DNA of 59,553 nt from an uncultured Fusobacteriaceae bacterium (GCA_964536535.1 CAZHXU010000001.1:1-59553), one strand, 5' to 3'. Shown: positions 26,890 through 36,231, counted from the first letter of the stretch. The notes: generated from the letters alone by a model not told the origin. Numbers and translations: made by a program.

Positions 26890-29723
26890 TATTCTCCCCC
26901 TAAGTATTCTTTATATTGCTCTGCATGACTTTTATTTAGCCTTGCTAATTCGCTATAATAACTCTTAGCTACATCTATTTTTTCTCCGTTTATTGCATAA
27001 ACAAGTAGTTTTTCTACTACATAAGCATAATCTGGAGATGTTTTATAATTATCATAAAATTCTCTGTAGCTCTCTACTGCTTTAGCTTCATTTCCACTTT
27101 TTTCATAGTTTTCAGCTAATTTTATTAGGGTAATATCTTGTATATCACTTTCAGTATAAAGTAGTTTTATACGCATAAATGAAGCAATTGCTCTTGTATA
27201 GTTTTCTTCTTTTTCATAACTAAGACCTATATTATATTGAGCTTTGTCTTTTACTTTACTTGTATCAAAACTTAATACTCTCTCAAGAGTTGTTCTTGCT
27301 TTTTCATATTCGCCCCTAGCAAGATATATTCTTCCTAAGTTATAGTTACTCATATCTCCATATTCTTTATTATCTTTTATACTTATATAACTTTCTATAG
27401 CTTTTTCTATCTCTCCAGCTTTTTCATAGATTACACCTAACCAAAGACTTCTAAAGTTTTTATCTTTTACATTATCATTCCATTCTAAAGCTTTAGCTGT
27501 ATTACCATTATTAAAATAAAGTTCAGTAAGTGTTTTTGCACTCTGTTCTTTTACATTTGGATTATTTGTATTAGTATAAAGACCTTCATATTCTTTAATG
27601 GCTTTATCTTTTTCTTCTTCTAAAAGGTGTGCACTCGCTAGGATATAAGTAATATCTTCTTCATATTCACTATTAGGAAACTCTACTCTAAATCCATCTA
27701 TTCTTCCTTCAAGTTTTCCATAATTTCCTTCAAAACTCTCTATACGAATGAGCCAGTATGCTGCGTCTTTTGCATATTGTCTGTTTTTAGTTGTTGAATA
27801 TAAAGTTAGATAGTTTTCTCTAGCTTTATCATAGTTTTTTTCATTATAATATGATTCAGCTATCATAAATCTAGCAAAATCTGATTTTTCAGGATTAGAA
27901 AGTTGTTCTTCATAGATTTTTCTAGCATTTTCATATTTCCCAAGTCTAAAGTATGCTAAAGCTCTACTTTTTTCTACTTCTTCATTTGCAAGTTTATAAG
28001 CTTTTTTATCATACATTTCTATATTACTTAATGTTTTTTCATAATCTTTACTTACAAAACTTGTTTCTATAAGTTTAACTGTAGCTTTTTCTTTTGTTTC
28101 TTCAGATATTTCTCCACTATTAATCAGATAATTAAATGATCTTGTAGCTTCTACAAAATTTCCTAAACCTAAATAAGCTAATCCTTTTAAATAAACATTT
28201 TCTGGTGTTGGATCAAGTTTTTCAAGGAATACAAGAAGTTCATCATACTTACCTTGTCTAGAAAGTACTGTTACCAAATTCTCAGTTATAGTTTCATCTT
28301 CTTGTTTACTTAAAAAGTCTTTGTAAACTTTTTCTCCTTTTGCTAATTCACCATTTTCTACTAATAAGTTTCCTGTAATTAAATATATATCTTTTCTATA
28401 TTCTCTATCACTTGCATAAGCTTTGTTATAAAGAGTATATAATTTTTCTATATCAATAATATCTTTCATTCTATTATTTACTATGAATAATTTATACAAA
28501 TCTTCCAGCTTTTTACTTTCTTCATAAATATATGTATAGTATTTTCTAGCTGTTCTGTATTCTTCTATACTAAAAGCAGAGTCAGCTATAAAATAATAAA
28601 GTTGATTTTCAAAGTCTTTTTTAAGACCTTTTTCTTCTATACTTTGTAATAAGTTTACAACTTTTCCATATTCTTTTTGATTAAACAGTATATAAGCTTT
28701 GTAGTAATAATACTCATTTAAATATTTTTTATTTCCTTTTAATTTATCAAAAGCAAATAAAGCACTTTCATTTTTATTAAGACTAAGCCTTGCTCTTCCT
28801 AATAAATATGTAATATCATCATTTGCTCCTTTTGCAAGGGCTTTTTCATATGATGCTTCTGCTTTTGCAAAATTACTCTTTTTATAGTAATAATTTCCTG
28901 TATTTTGGTAAGCTAATGTTTCAAAATCACTACCTATTAATTCATTTGTGTAATAATCTATCTTTTCTTCATTATCTTTACCTATATAAATAAGGAGCAT
29001 ATCCCTTGCTGCCCTAGGGTAATAAGTAGAAGTATAATACTCTCTTTCTACTATATCATAAAATTCAAGAGCTTTATTTATATCATCAACTTGATAATAT
29101 GAATATCCAAGCATATAGTTTGCTGGAGCAAGTTTATCAAAATCATTCTTTTCTTTTGTTAGATATTCTTCTAGATATACAGAAGTTCTAAAGTATTCAC
29201 CTTTGTTATAAGAAATAAGTCCTAGATTAAATAATGCCAGTTTTTCATATGGTCCCTTTTCTCTTCTAATTCTATTAAATATATTTGTAGCTTCTACTAC
29301 CTTTTCTTCCTTATATAATGTAGCTCCTAGCTGATATAGACCAGCTTCTCTATACTTGTTACCCATAGGTATCTTAAGTACATATGCTTCCGAAGCAGTA
29401 TATTCCCCTTCTTTAATTCCTATTAAAGCAAGGTAATAGTTAGCTTCATCACTATAATTTGATTGTAACAAAGTATTGTATCTAAGTTTTGCATTGGCAT
29501 AATCACCACTTAAATAATAACTTTGCCCTAGCAAATTTTGAGCAGCACTATAGTGCTCTGAGCTAGGATATTTTATTAAAAATCTTTCTAATTCATCAAT
29601 AGATAATACATACTCCTTATTTTGAAATAACTTATAGATGTATTTTAAATCTTCTCTGTCACTAGCAAGAAGATTTTGAGATAAACTTGCTAATATGGCT
29701 ATTAATAATATCTTCTTTTTCAT
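26889..29723 (-). CDS. Very large secreted TPR-repeat protein
   Basis: 944 aa; signal peptide MKKKILLIAILASLSQNLLAS; TPR-like units throughout (..YYLSGDYANAKLRYNTLL.., ..GRIYLARGEYEKARTTLERVL..). Its stop overlaps the barrel gene start by 1 nt. Confidence 0.85.
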   Translation of the reverse strand: MKKKILLIAILASLSQNLLASDREDLKYIYKLFQNKEYVLSIDELERFLIKYPSSEHYSAAQNLLGQSYYLSGDYANAKLRYNTLLQSNYSDEANYYLALIGIKEGEYTASEAYVLKIPMGNKYREAGLYQLGATLYKEEKVVEATNIFNRIRREKGPYEKLALFNLGLISYNKGEYFRTSVYLEEYLTKEKNDFDKLAPANYMLGYSYYQVDDINKALEFYDIVEREYYTSTYYPRAARDMLLIYIGKDNEEKIDYYTNELIGSDFETLAYQNTGNYYYKKSNFAKAEASYEKALAKGANDDITYLLGRARLSLNKNESALFAFDKLKGNKKYLNEYYYYKAYILFNQKEYGKVVNLLQSIEEKGLKKDFENQLYYFIADSAFSIEEYRTARKYYTYIYEESKKLEDLYKLFIVNNRMKDIIDIEKLYTLYNKAYASDREYRKDIYLITGNLLVENGELAKGEKVYKDFLSKQEDETITENLVTVLSRQGKYDELLVFLEKLDPTPENVYLKGLAYLGLGNFVEATRSFNYLINSGEISEETKEKATVKLIETSFVSKDYEKTLSNIEMYDKKAYKLANEEVEKSRALAYFRLGKYENARKIYEEQLSNPEKSDFARFMIAESYYNEKNYDKARENYLTLYSTTKNRQYAKDAAYWLIRIESFEGNYGKLEGRIDGFRVEFPNSEYEEDITYILASAHLLEEEKDKAIKEYEGLYTNTNNPNVKEQSAKTLTELYFNNGNTAKALEWNDNVKDKNFRSLWLGVIYEKAGEIEKAIESYISIKDNKEYGDMSNYNLGRIYLARGEYEKARTTLERVLSFDTSKVKDKAQYNIGLSYEKEENYTRAIASFMRIKLLYTESDIQDITLIKLAENYEKSGNEAKAVESYREFYDNYKTSPDYAYVVEKLLVYAINGEKIDVAKSYYSELARLNKSHAEQYKEYLGGE

Positions 29724-29729
29724 AATCAG

Positions 29730-30293
29730 TTAGCTATTAGCCATCCTCCCCTCAATTTTATTCAGCTGTTTCAAAACCCCTTCAATTTCTTCCACTAAAA
29801 AATCAGTATTAAAACATGGACCATTTATACGTTTATTAAATATTCCATAACATGCCATTGGAAAAGCATCATATATTCCCGATACCAAGTCCCTTTCACA
29901 TGCTACAACTAATACTAATTTGGGTCTATGTTCCTTTAAAAACATTCTAGCAAGAGTCCCACCTGTTGCTACTTTTACATTTAATTTATACTGATCTTTC
30001 AACCTTTTTATATCCCCTATTTTACAAATCCCACAACTTTTACAGTTATCTATGTCACTTGTTATTTTGTGAGGACATGAATAATTTTGGACGCAATGAG
30101 GTAGAAGTATAGCTACTTCACTTGATTTTATCCCTTTTCCAAATGCTTTTTTCAATACTCTTTTATTATTAAATTCAATGAATTTGATAGATAATCTAGA
30201 GTTAGTCATTTGGTCTTTATTCCATCTTCTAACTAACAAAATAAGCAAGTAATATATTGTGTATAAACTCTTGTAAAAAAAATACTTCATCAA
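29730..30293 (-). CDS. DUF116-family Cys-rich protein
   Basis: 187 aa; N-terminal TM; LLPHCVQNYSCPHK..CKSCGICKIG..GGT..VVACERDL..GPCFNTD matches my recollection of the DUF116 pattern. Confidence 0.6.
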   Translation of the reverse strand: MMKYFFYKSLYTIYYLLILLVRRWNKDQMTNSRLSIKFIEFNNKRVLKKAFGKGIKSSEVAILLPHCVQNYSCPHKITSDIDNCKSCGICKIGDIKRLKDQYKLNVKVATGGTLARMFLKEHRPKLVLVVACERDLVSGIYDAFPMACYGIFNKRINGPCFNTDFLVEEIEGVLKQLNKIEGRMANS

Positions 30294-30559
30294 AAACTCC
30301 TAATGTGCCAAAAATTAAATCATACTTGTCTACACTAGCATAATTGTATCATAAATAGCATAATTAATCTAGACCTCTCCCTTTATTTTCTAGTCATTTC
30401 AAATTTTTTTTGGTTAATTTTTGATACAATTTTCAAAAGGATAATTTAGTATTTTCATCATTAGCATACTAAACTTTTATTAACATTTAAAGAAGTTAGA
30501 AAATAAAGTTTATTATAAAAATTATACTTTCTTTTTTTCTTTCTCATATAGTAGTTTTT

Positions 30560-30593
30560 TAAAAAATAAAAAAAGAGAGTTTAACTTCTCTCT
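30560..30593 (-). terminator. Intrinsic terminator overlapping the stop of the GGDEF gene
   Basis: Minus strand AGAGAG-AAGTTAAA-CTCTCT followed by TTTTTTTATTTTTT. Confidence 0.6.
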
Positions 30594-31597
30594 TTATCAA
30601 TATACAAATGTCTATCAGCATAATGTATCATCTCTTCTAGTGTGTTTTTTTGGTTACTACAAAGTCCTATGCTAAATTCCAAATTTATTCCTTTAAAATC
30701 TCTTTCTAAATACTTAAATTTTTTCTTTAATTCTTCTATAAATTCTTTTGTTTCAGTATAAGTTGTATTCTTAAAAATAAGCATAAACTCATCCCCACCA
30801 TATCTACCTATTAACAAATCATCACCATTTAATGATTTCAACAAGTTTCCTACTGCTACAAGGACTTTATCTCCAACTAAGTGGCCATAAGTATCATTTA
30901 TAAATTTAAATTTATTCAAATCGAGTATAGCTAGAGAAAATTCCTCTTTTGTTTTTTGTGAAACATTATATATTTCTTCTAATTTATTAATAATATACCT
31001 TCTATTATAAAGGTTTGTTAGTTGATCTGTTATAGACATAATTCTTAATTCTTCATCTCTTTTTAGAGAAGTCATTGTTATTTTATGTAGGATATATACA
31101 ATAATTATAATAACTGCTGTAATATTTATTCCCAAATCAAATGACCTATATACAATATCATCATATGTATAAAATTTTGCTGGATGAACTGTTTCATACC
31201 AGAGTAATAACTGAATTTGTACAACTGATATTGCTGTTATCAAAAGTTCTTTCTTTTTTTCTATTAAAAATGCACAAATGAACAATATGCCCAGTGTATA
31301 ATACGGAAATGCACTAGTTGAACCTGGAGAAGTATACCAGCCTAAAGGTATGTATATATTACATAAAAATATCATCAAACCTAGTCTAATTCCTTCTACA
31401 CTCTTACTCTTCCTAGTAAATATATGTAAAGTCAGAGTTATTATTCCCAAAACAAATGGTGCAATAATATTACTAATTGGTCTTCTGTTAAAAGTATTTA
31501 TTACTACAGATAAAAAAGAACCAATAGAAATAATAGCTGTAACTTCTCGCAAAACCAGAAGCTTCAGCTTATAAAACAAACTTTTTTCTCTTTCCAT
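30581..31597 (-). CDS. Membrane-anchored diguanylate cyclase (GGDEF)
   Basis: About 6 TM segments, then INDTYGHLVGD and RYGGDEFMLIF. I prefer ATG 31597 (MEREKS), preceded by AGGGGGGAAG. Confidence 0.85.
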   Translation of the reverse strand: MEREKSLFYKLKLLVLREVTAIISIGSFLSVVINTFNRRPISNIIAPFVLGIITLTLHIFTRKSKSVEGIRLGLMIFLCNIYIPLGWYTSPGSTSAFPYYTLGILFICAFLIEKKKELLITAISVVQIQLLLWYETVHPAKFYTYDDIVYRSFDLGINITAVIIIIVYILHKITMTSLKRDEELRIMSITDQLTNLYNRRYIINKLEEIYNVSQKTKEEFSLAILDLNKFKFINDTYGHLVGDKVLVAVGNLLKSLNGDDLLIGRYGGDEFMLIFKNTTYTETKEFIEELKKKFKYLERDFKGINLEFSIGLCSNQKNTLEEMIHYADRHLYIDKERS

Positions 31598-31831
31598 CTT
31601 CCCCCCTAATATAACACGCAACTATACCTCTTATATTACTTGATTTCACAGTAAAAATCAACATATGCTAAAATTAAAATATTTATTATAAAATTAATTT
31701 TTATTTTTTTAATACTAAATATTCAAAAGTACTATATTTTAAGAATAGTGTTTTTTTACCCCATTAATCAAGTAATTTATAAAGATAAATATATTTTATT
31801 TCTACTCATCTAAAAAAATTATAATTTACCT

Positions 31832-31865
31832 GTAAAAAAAGACTGATTTCAAAAAATCAGTCTTT
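31832..31865 (-). terminator. Intrinsic terminator after BMP paralog 1
   Basis: Minus strand AAAGACTGATTT-TTTG-AAATCAGTCTTT followed by TTTTTTT. Confidence 0.8.
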
Positions 31866-31892
31866 AATCTTATATATTTATAGATGTTGAGA

Positions 31893-32864
31893 TTAAAAAC
31901 TAATCTCTCCATTTATTATCATACCTCTTACTTGGTCAAGATTTACAAATGTTTCTTCATCAATTTTGTCTTTTGTATATCTCATATCACTAAGTGCTAC
32001 TCCACCTTCTTTGATTCCATAAACTCTTTCGCCTTTTACAAAATCACCATCTAAAAAGTCTTTTACAAATTCAAAAGTAACAATGTCTATTCTTTTTAAC
32101 ATACTTGAAAGAATATATCCCGGTGCCAAACTATCTTGATTACTATCTACACCAATAGCATAATATGATCTTTCTTTAGCTCCTTCAAATATCCCCATCC
32201 CAGATGCTCCACTGGCATGGAAAATAATATCTACACCATTACTATTTTGTGACAAAGCAATTTCTTTTCCTCTTACTGGGTCAGCAAAAGGACTTCCTCC
32301 ACCTACATAAGCATTATATACTTCTACTTCTGGGTTGATGTATTTTGCACCCATTTCAAATCCTTCTTCGAACCTTTTAATTAATGGTATTTCTAAACCA
32401 CCAATAAAACCTACTTTATTGCTTTTTGTTTCTAGTCCTGCAAGTACTCCTGCCAAGAATGAACCTTCTTTTTCAGAAAAATTAAGGCTAGCAACATTAT
32501 CTCCCTCTACCAAACCATCTACTATTGCAAATTTTACATCTTTATAATCTTTTGCCACTTTTTCTAATGGATCTACCATATAAAAACCTATTGTTATTAC
32601 TAAATCATATCCATTTTCTGCATAATCTCTAATATAATCTTCTATTTCTGCTGGTGTATTAGGTTCAACATAACTAAAGTCTATACCCAACTCTTCTTTA
32701 GCTCTTGTAAGCCCTTCATATGCAGAATCATTAAAACTCCCATCGCCTAATCCCCCAATGGATAAAACCAAACCTACTTTTGGTCCTTTTTTTCCTTCTT
32801 CTTTTTGTCCACATGCTACAAATGCAAATAAAACTAATGTAGCTAAAATAACTTTAAATTTCAC
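31893..32864 (-). CDS. BMP-family (PnrA/Med-like) substrate-binding lipoprotein, paralog 1
   Basis: Lipobox LFAFVACGQ; GLVLSIGGLGDGSFNDSAYEGL and GVDSNQD motifs. GTG start with AGGAGG RBS. Confidence 0.85.
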   Translation of the reverse strand: MKFKVILATLVLFAFVACGQKEEGKKGPKVGLVLSIGGLGDGSFNDSAYEGLTRAKEELGIDFSYVEPNTPAEIEDYIRDYAENGYDLVITIGFYMVDPLEKVAKDYKDVKFAIVDGLVEGDNVASLNFSEKEGSFLAGVLAGLETKSNKVGFIGGLEIPLIKRFEEGFEMGAKYINPEVEVYNAYVGGGSPFADPVRGKEIALSQNSNGVDIIFHASGASGMGIFEGAKERSYYAIGVDSNQDSLAPGYILSSMLKRIDIVTFEFVKDFLDGDFVKGERVYGIKEGGVALSDMRYTKDKIDEETFVNLDQVRGMIINGEISF

Positions 32865-32990
32865 ATTAACCTCCTAAAAATCAATTACAAATAATAATAT
32901 TCGATTTTTGTTAATTTTTATATGACATATGACACATTTTCCTTTTTAAATTTTGTTTTTTGTGATAAAATTTATTTTTATGGAGGAAAT

Positions 32991-33620
32991 ATGAATCTAG
33001 AATTTTATATAAATAAACATCAGCTATTTTTTTTAAAAAGTTTAGAAAGAATTAAATTGAAAGAGTATAAAAAAGGTGAGCATTTAATCTATGCAAATGA
33101 AAATTTAAATACCCTCATACTTTTATTAGAAGGAAAAGTAGAAGTTTCTGCTAATACTTTTGAAGGCAAAAAACTCTATGTTAATCTTATTGAATCTGTT
33201 GACATAATTGGAGATATTGAATTTTTAGTTGATAAAAAATCTCAATTTGATTGTATTGCAAATGAAAGAGTAATTACTATTCATTTACCCTTTGATATAA
33301 TAAGTAACAAACTAAAAAAAGAAGCTTCTTTTTGGGAATTTTTAGCTAAAAAAAGCAGTGGTAAATTGTATAGGAGTAATACTCATATGTTAAATACAAT
33401 AAATTATAAAGGTGAAAATTTAGTAGCTACTTACCTAACAAAACATAATGGTCAAATAACATATACTACTCTAAATGAGCTTAGTGAGTATTTTGGCATT
33501 AGTTATAGACAACTACTTAGGATAATAAAAAGTCTTGAAGATAGGGGGGGAATAGGTAGAAGTAAAGGGTCTATTTGGGTAGAAGATTTTAATCTAATAA
33601 ATTCATTAAGTATAAAATAA
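32991..33620 (+). CDS. Crp/Fnr-family transcription regulator
   Basis: cNMP-binding-like beta-roll region (LILLLEGKVEVSA..GDIEFL) and C-terminal HTH (LNELSEYFGISYRQLLRIIKSLE). Start placed at ATG 32991 after GGAGGAAAT. Confidence 0.7.
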   Translation: MNLEFYINKHQLFFLKSLERIKLKEYKKGEHLIYANENLNTLILLLEGKVEVSANTFEGKKLYVNLIESVDIIGDIEFLVDKKSQFDCIANERVITIHLPFDIISNKLKKEASFWEFLAKKSSGKLYRSNTHMLNTINYKGENLVATYLTKHNGQITYTTLNELSEYFGISYRQLLRIIKSLEDRGGIGRSKGSIWVEDFNLINSLSIK

Positions 33621-33622
33621 AA

Positions 33623-33648
33623 AGAGGTTGACTTATAAGTCAACCTCT
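33623..33648. terminator. Hairpin between convergent Crp-like and BMP-2 genes
   Basis: AGAGGTTGAC-TTATAA-GTCAACCTCT. The U-run is good for the minus strand (TTTTATTTT) and weak for the plus strand. Confidence 0.7.
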
Positions 33649-33653
33649 ATAAA

Positions 33654-34646
33654 TTAAAATTTGATTTCTCCATTTATGATAGCTTTTTTGATTTCATCTA
33701 ATTTAGCTATGTTTTCTGCTCCAACAACTTCTTTTGTGAATTCGAAGTCAGTAGTTCCTACACCGTCTTCTGCAACACCAAATCTTTGAAGTCCATTTTG
33801 GAATTCATTGTTTACTACTGCTTTAACTGTATTGTATACAGCAACGTCAACATTTTTCATCATTGAAGTTAATACTACTCCTGGAGCGATTCCATCTTGA
33901 TTAGAATCTACACCAATTGCATATACTCCAGCTTCTTTAGCTGCATCGATAACACCGATTCCAGTTCCACCAGCTGCATGATAAACAACATCTGCACCTT
34001 GTTTAATTAATGATAATGCATTTTCTTTTCCTCTTACAGGATCGTTAAATGGATTAGGTCCACTTGTATATAATACTCCTACTTTTGCATCAGGATTTAC
34101 ATGTTTAACTCCCATTTCAAATCCTCTTTGGAATTTTTGAATTAAAGGAATTTCCATTCCACCAACAAATCCAACGTTTCCAGTTTCAGAAACCATAGCA
34201 GCTATTGCTCCTACTAAGAATGATCCTTCATCTTCAGCAAATACTAATGATGCAACGTTATCTAAATCGATTACTTCATCTATAATGGCAAATTTAACAT
34301 CTGGGAAATCTGCAGCAACTTTTTGTGCAGCATCTTTCATTAAGAATCCAGTAGCTATTACTAAATCATATCCAGCTTCAGCATATTCTCTTAAGAATCC
34401 TTCATCTTCTGATGGAGATGCAGGTTCTACATATTTGAACTCTATTCCTAAGTCTTCTTTAGCCATTTCTAATCCTCTGTATGCAGAGTCATTAAATGAC
34501 TTATCTCCTAAACCTCCAGTTGATAAAACTATACCAACTTTAACTGTTTCTTTCTCTTCAGTTTTAGCCGCTTCTTCTTTGTTACCACCACAAGCAGTTA
34601 ATAACATTAAAGACGCTAATGATAGAAGTGTAAATATCTTCTTCAT
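33654..34646 (-). CDS. BMP-family substrate-binding lipoprotein, paralog 2
   Basis: Lipobox LLTACGG; VKVGIVLSTGGLGDKSFNDSAYRGL; GVDSNQDG. Confidence 0.85.
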   Translation of the reverse strand: MKKIFTLLSLASLMLLTACGGNKEEAAKTEEKETVKVGIVLSTGGLGDKSFNDSAYRGLEMAKEDLGIEFKYVEPASPSEDEGFLREYAEAGYDLVIATGFLMKDAAQKVAADFPDVKFAIIDEVIDLDNVASLVFAEDEGSFLVGAIAAMVSETGNVGFVGGMEIPLIQKFQRGFEMGVKHVNPDAKVGVLYTSGPNPFNDPVRGKENALSLIKQGADVVYHAAGGTGIGVIDAAKEAGVYAIGVDSNQDGIAPGVVLTSMMKNVDVAVYNTVKAVVNNEFQNGLQRFGVAEDGVGTTDFEFTKEVVGAENIAKLDEIKKAIINGEIKF

Positions 34647-34701
34647 CTTCTTCCTCCTCTTTCTTGTTTCGTTTTTGAACTTTTATATATCGAGCAAAAC
34701 A

Positions 34702-34730
34702 ATTATACCCTTTTTCAAAGGAAAATTCAA
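34702..34730 (-). promoter_or_regulatory. Sigma70-type promoter for BMP paralog 2
   Basis: Minus strand TTGAAT (34730-34725), 17-nt spacer, TATAAT (34707-34702). Confidence 0.55.
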
Positions 34731-34997
34731 GGATTATAAGTAATATAAAAGTTTTTTAATCTTTCAGACTTTATTTCCTTTTTATTATCTTACCCTTTAC
34801 AAGCATATTATATTTTTGTTAATAAATCAAGGATTTGTTTTATTTTCAATACGATTTGTATCAAATGAGTATGGTTTTCAAAATTTATTTTCTTATTAAA
34901 TTTATCTTTATTAAAAAATGCTTATTTCTATTAGGGTACAGTCAGTTTCTTAAGAAAATAAATAAAAGTTTACACTTGATCAAAATAAATATTTTCT

Positions 34998-35037
34998 CAA
35001 AAAAAAAGACTCAAATCTTTTTTAGATTTAAGTCTTT
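34998..35037 (-). terminator. Intrinsic terminator after BMP paralog 3
   Basis: Minus strand AAAGACTTAAATC-loop-GATTTGAGTCTTT followed by TTTTTTTT. Confidence 0.75.
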
Positions 35038-35049
35038 AATATTTTATTC

Positions 35050-36045
35050 TTATAATCTTTCAGATACTACAATTTCACCATTTATAATTCCTTTTTTTAC
35101 TTCTTCTACTCTCTCTATATTTTCCTCACCAATATAGTCTCTAGTAAATTCAAAGTTAGTTAAACCAACACCATTATTTTCAACATTAAATTTAGTAATA
35201 TTTGCTTCAAATTTTCCTTGGCTTAATTCTTTCACAACTTCATATATAGCTACATCTACTCTTTTTAACATACTTGTCAAAACGATTCCAGGTCTTACTG
35301 AATCTTGATTACTATCAACACCAATTGCATATATTTTTCTTTCAGAAGCAGCTTCAAATAATCCCATACCTGTTCCAGCAGCAGCATGGTATATTACATC
35401 TGCACCTTGGTCTGCCATAGATATTGCTATTTCTTTTCCTTTTGCAGGATCGTTAAATGGATTTGTTCCACCTACATAAGCTTCATATGTTTTTACATTT
35501 TCATTAATATATTTTGCACCTGCAAAAAAACCATTTCCAAATCTTTTTATTAATGGAACTTCTATTCCACCAATAAACCCAACTTTTCCATTTTCACTTA
35601 CTAAACTAGCTAAAGCACCTGCAAGGAATGACCCTTCTGCTTCATCAAATATAGCTGATTTTACATTTGGTAATTCTATTGGCTCATCTACCATTAAATA
35701 ATTCATTTCTGGATAATCTTTTGCAACTGCTTTCATTGAATCTGCCATTTGGAATCCTATTCCAATAACCAAATCAAAATCTGCTTCTGAAAAATCTCTT
35801 AAAAATGCATCAAATTCACTTGGGTTAGCTGGTTCTACATATTTAAATTCTATTCCTAAATCTTCTTTTGCTCTTGTTAGACCTTCATATGCTGAATCAT
35901 TAAATGATTTATCTCCTAATCCACCTGTAGAAAGTACTATTCCTACTTTAACAGTGTCCTTTTCATCTTCTTTTTTATCAGTTCCACCACATGCTACAAA
36001 TAACACTCCTACCAAAACTAATAATAAAACTTTAATATTTTTCAT
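35050..36045 (-). CDS. BMP-family substrate-binding lipoprotein, paralog 3
   Basis: Lipobox LFVACGG; VKVGIVLSTGGLGDKSFNDSAYEGL; GVDSNQDS. Confidence 0.85.
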   Translation of the reverse strand: MKNIKVLLLVLVGVLFVACGGTDKKEDEKDTVKVGIVLSTGGLGDKSFNDSAYEGLTRAKEDLGIEFKYVEPANPSEFDAFLRDFSEADFDLVIGIGFQMADSMKAVAKDYPEMNYLMVDEPIELPNVKSAIFDEAEGSFLAGALASLVSENGKVGFIGGIEVPLIKRFGNGFFAGAKYINENVKTYEAYVGGTNPFNDPAKGKEIAISMADQGADVIYHAAAGTGMGLFEAASERKIYAIGVDSNQDSVRPGIVLTSMLKRVDVAIYEVVKELSQGKFEANITKFNVENNGVGLTNFEFTRDYIGEENIERVEEVKKGIINGEIVVSERL

Positions 36046-36084
36046 ATTTCCTCCTTATATTATAAATGTATTCCAAACTTATTC

Positions 36085-36125
36085 AAAAAAAAACAAGTAT
36101 TTAACTTAATGTCAAAAACTTGTTT
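36085..36125 (-). terminator. Terminator/attenuator hairpin between the leader sORF and BMP paralog 3
   Basis: Minus strand AAACAAGT (36125-36118), 19-nt loop containing the sORF stop codon, ACTTGTTT (36098-36091), running into 9 T. Confidence 0.5.
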
Positions 36126-36199
36126 GTTACTAAACAAAAGAGAAAATTAAAATGAAAATATTTGGCTTTCTTCAAAAAATTCCTAATATCTTTTTTCAT
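36101..36199 (-). CDS. 32-codon leader-type small ORF (MKKDIRNFLKKAKYFHFNFLFCLVTNKFLTLS)
   Basis: Below the ORF-track size cutoff. ATG 36199 is preceded by AAGGAGGAAAAA. Downstream of a consensus promoter, with its stop inside the terminator loop. Confidence 0.35.
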   Translation of the reverse strand: MKKDIRNFLKKAKYFHFNFLFCLVTNKFLTLS

Positions 36200-36231
36200 T
36201 TTTTCCTCCTTACTCAAAATATATCTTTGCT

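Noticed and set aside
32925-32975. Candidate Crp/Fnr operator in the divergent BMP1/Crp-like promoter region (TGTGA half-site at 32961, ATGACATATGACA repeat at 32921-32936)
   Set aside because: No matching inverted half-site at the correct spacing (TGTGA-N6-TCACA or TTGAT-N4-ATCAA). Only half-sites were found, which is insufficient.
34835-35137. 100-aa plus-strand ORF in the BMP2-BMP3 intergenic region, and the similar 98-aa ORF at 36162-36458
   Set aside because: Their composition is that of AT-rich intergenic DNA. They overlap mapped promoters, terminators and the end of a BMP gene, and they have no RBS.
36046-36085. Possible second promoter TTGAAT-16-TATAAT immediately upstream of BMP paralog 3
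   Set aside because: The -10 element ends only a few nt before the AAGGAGG Shine-Dalgarno, so the transcript would start inside or after the RBS. It is probably a fortuitous AT-rich match.
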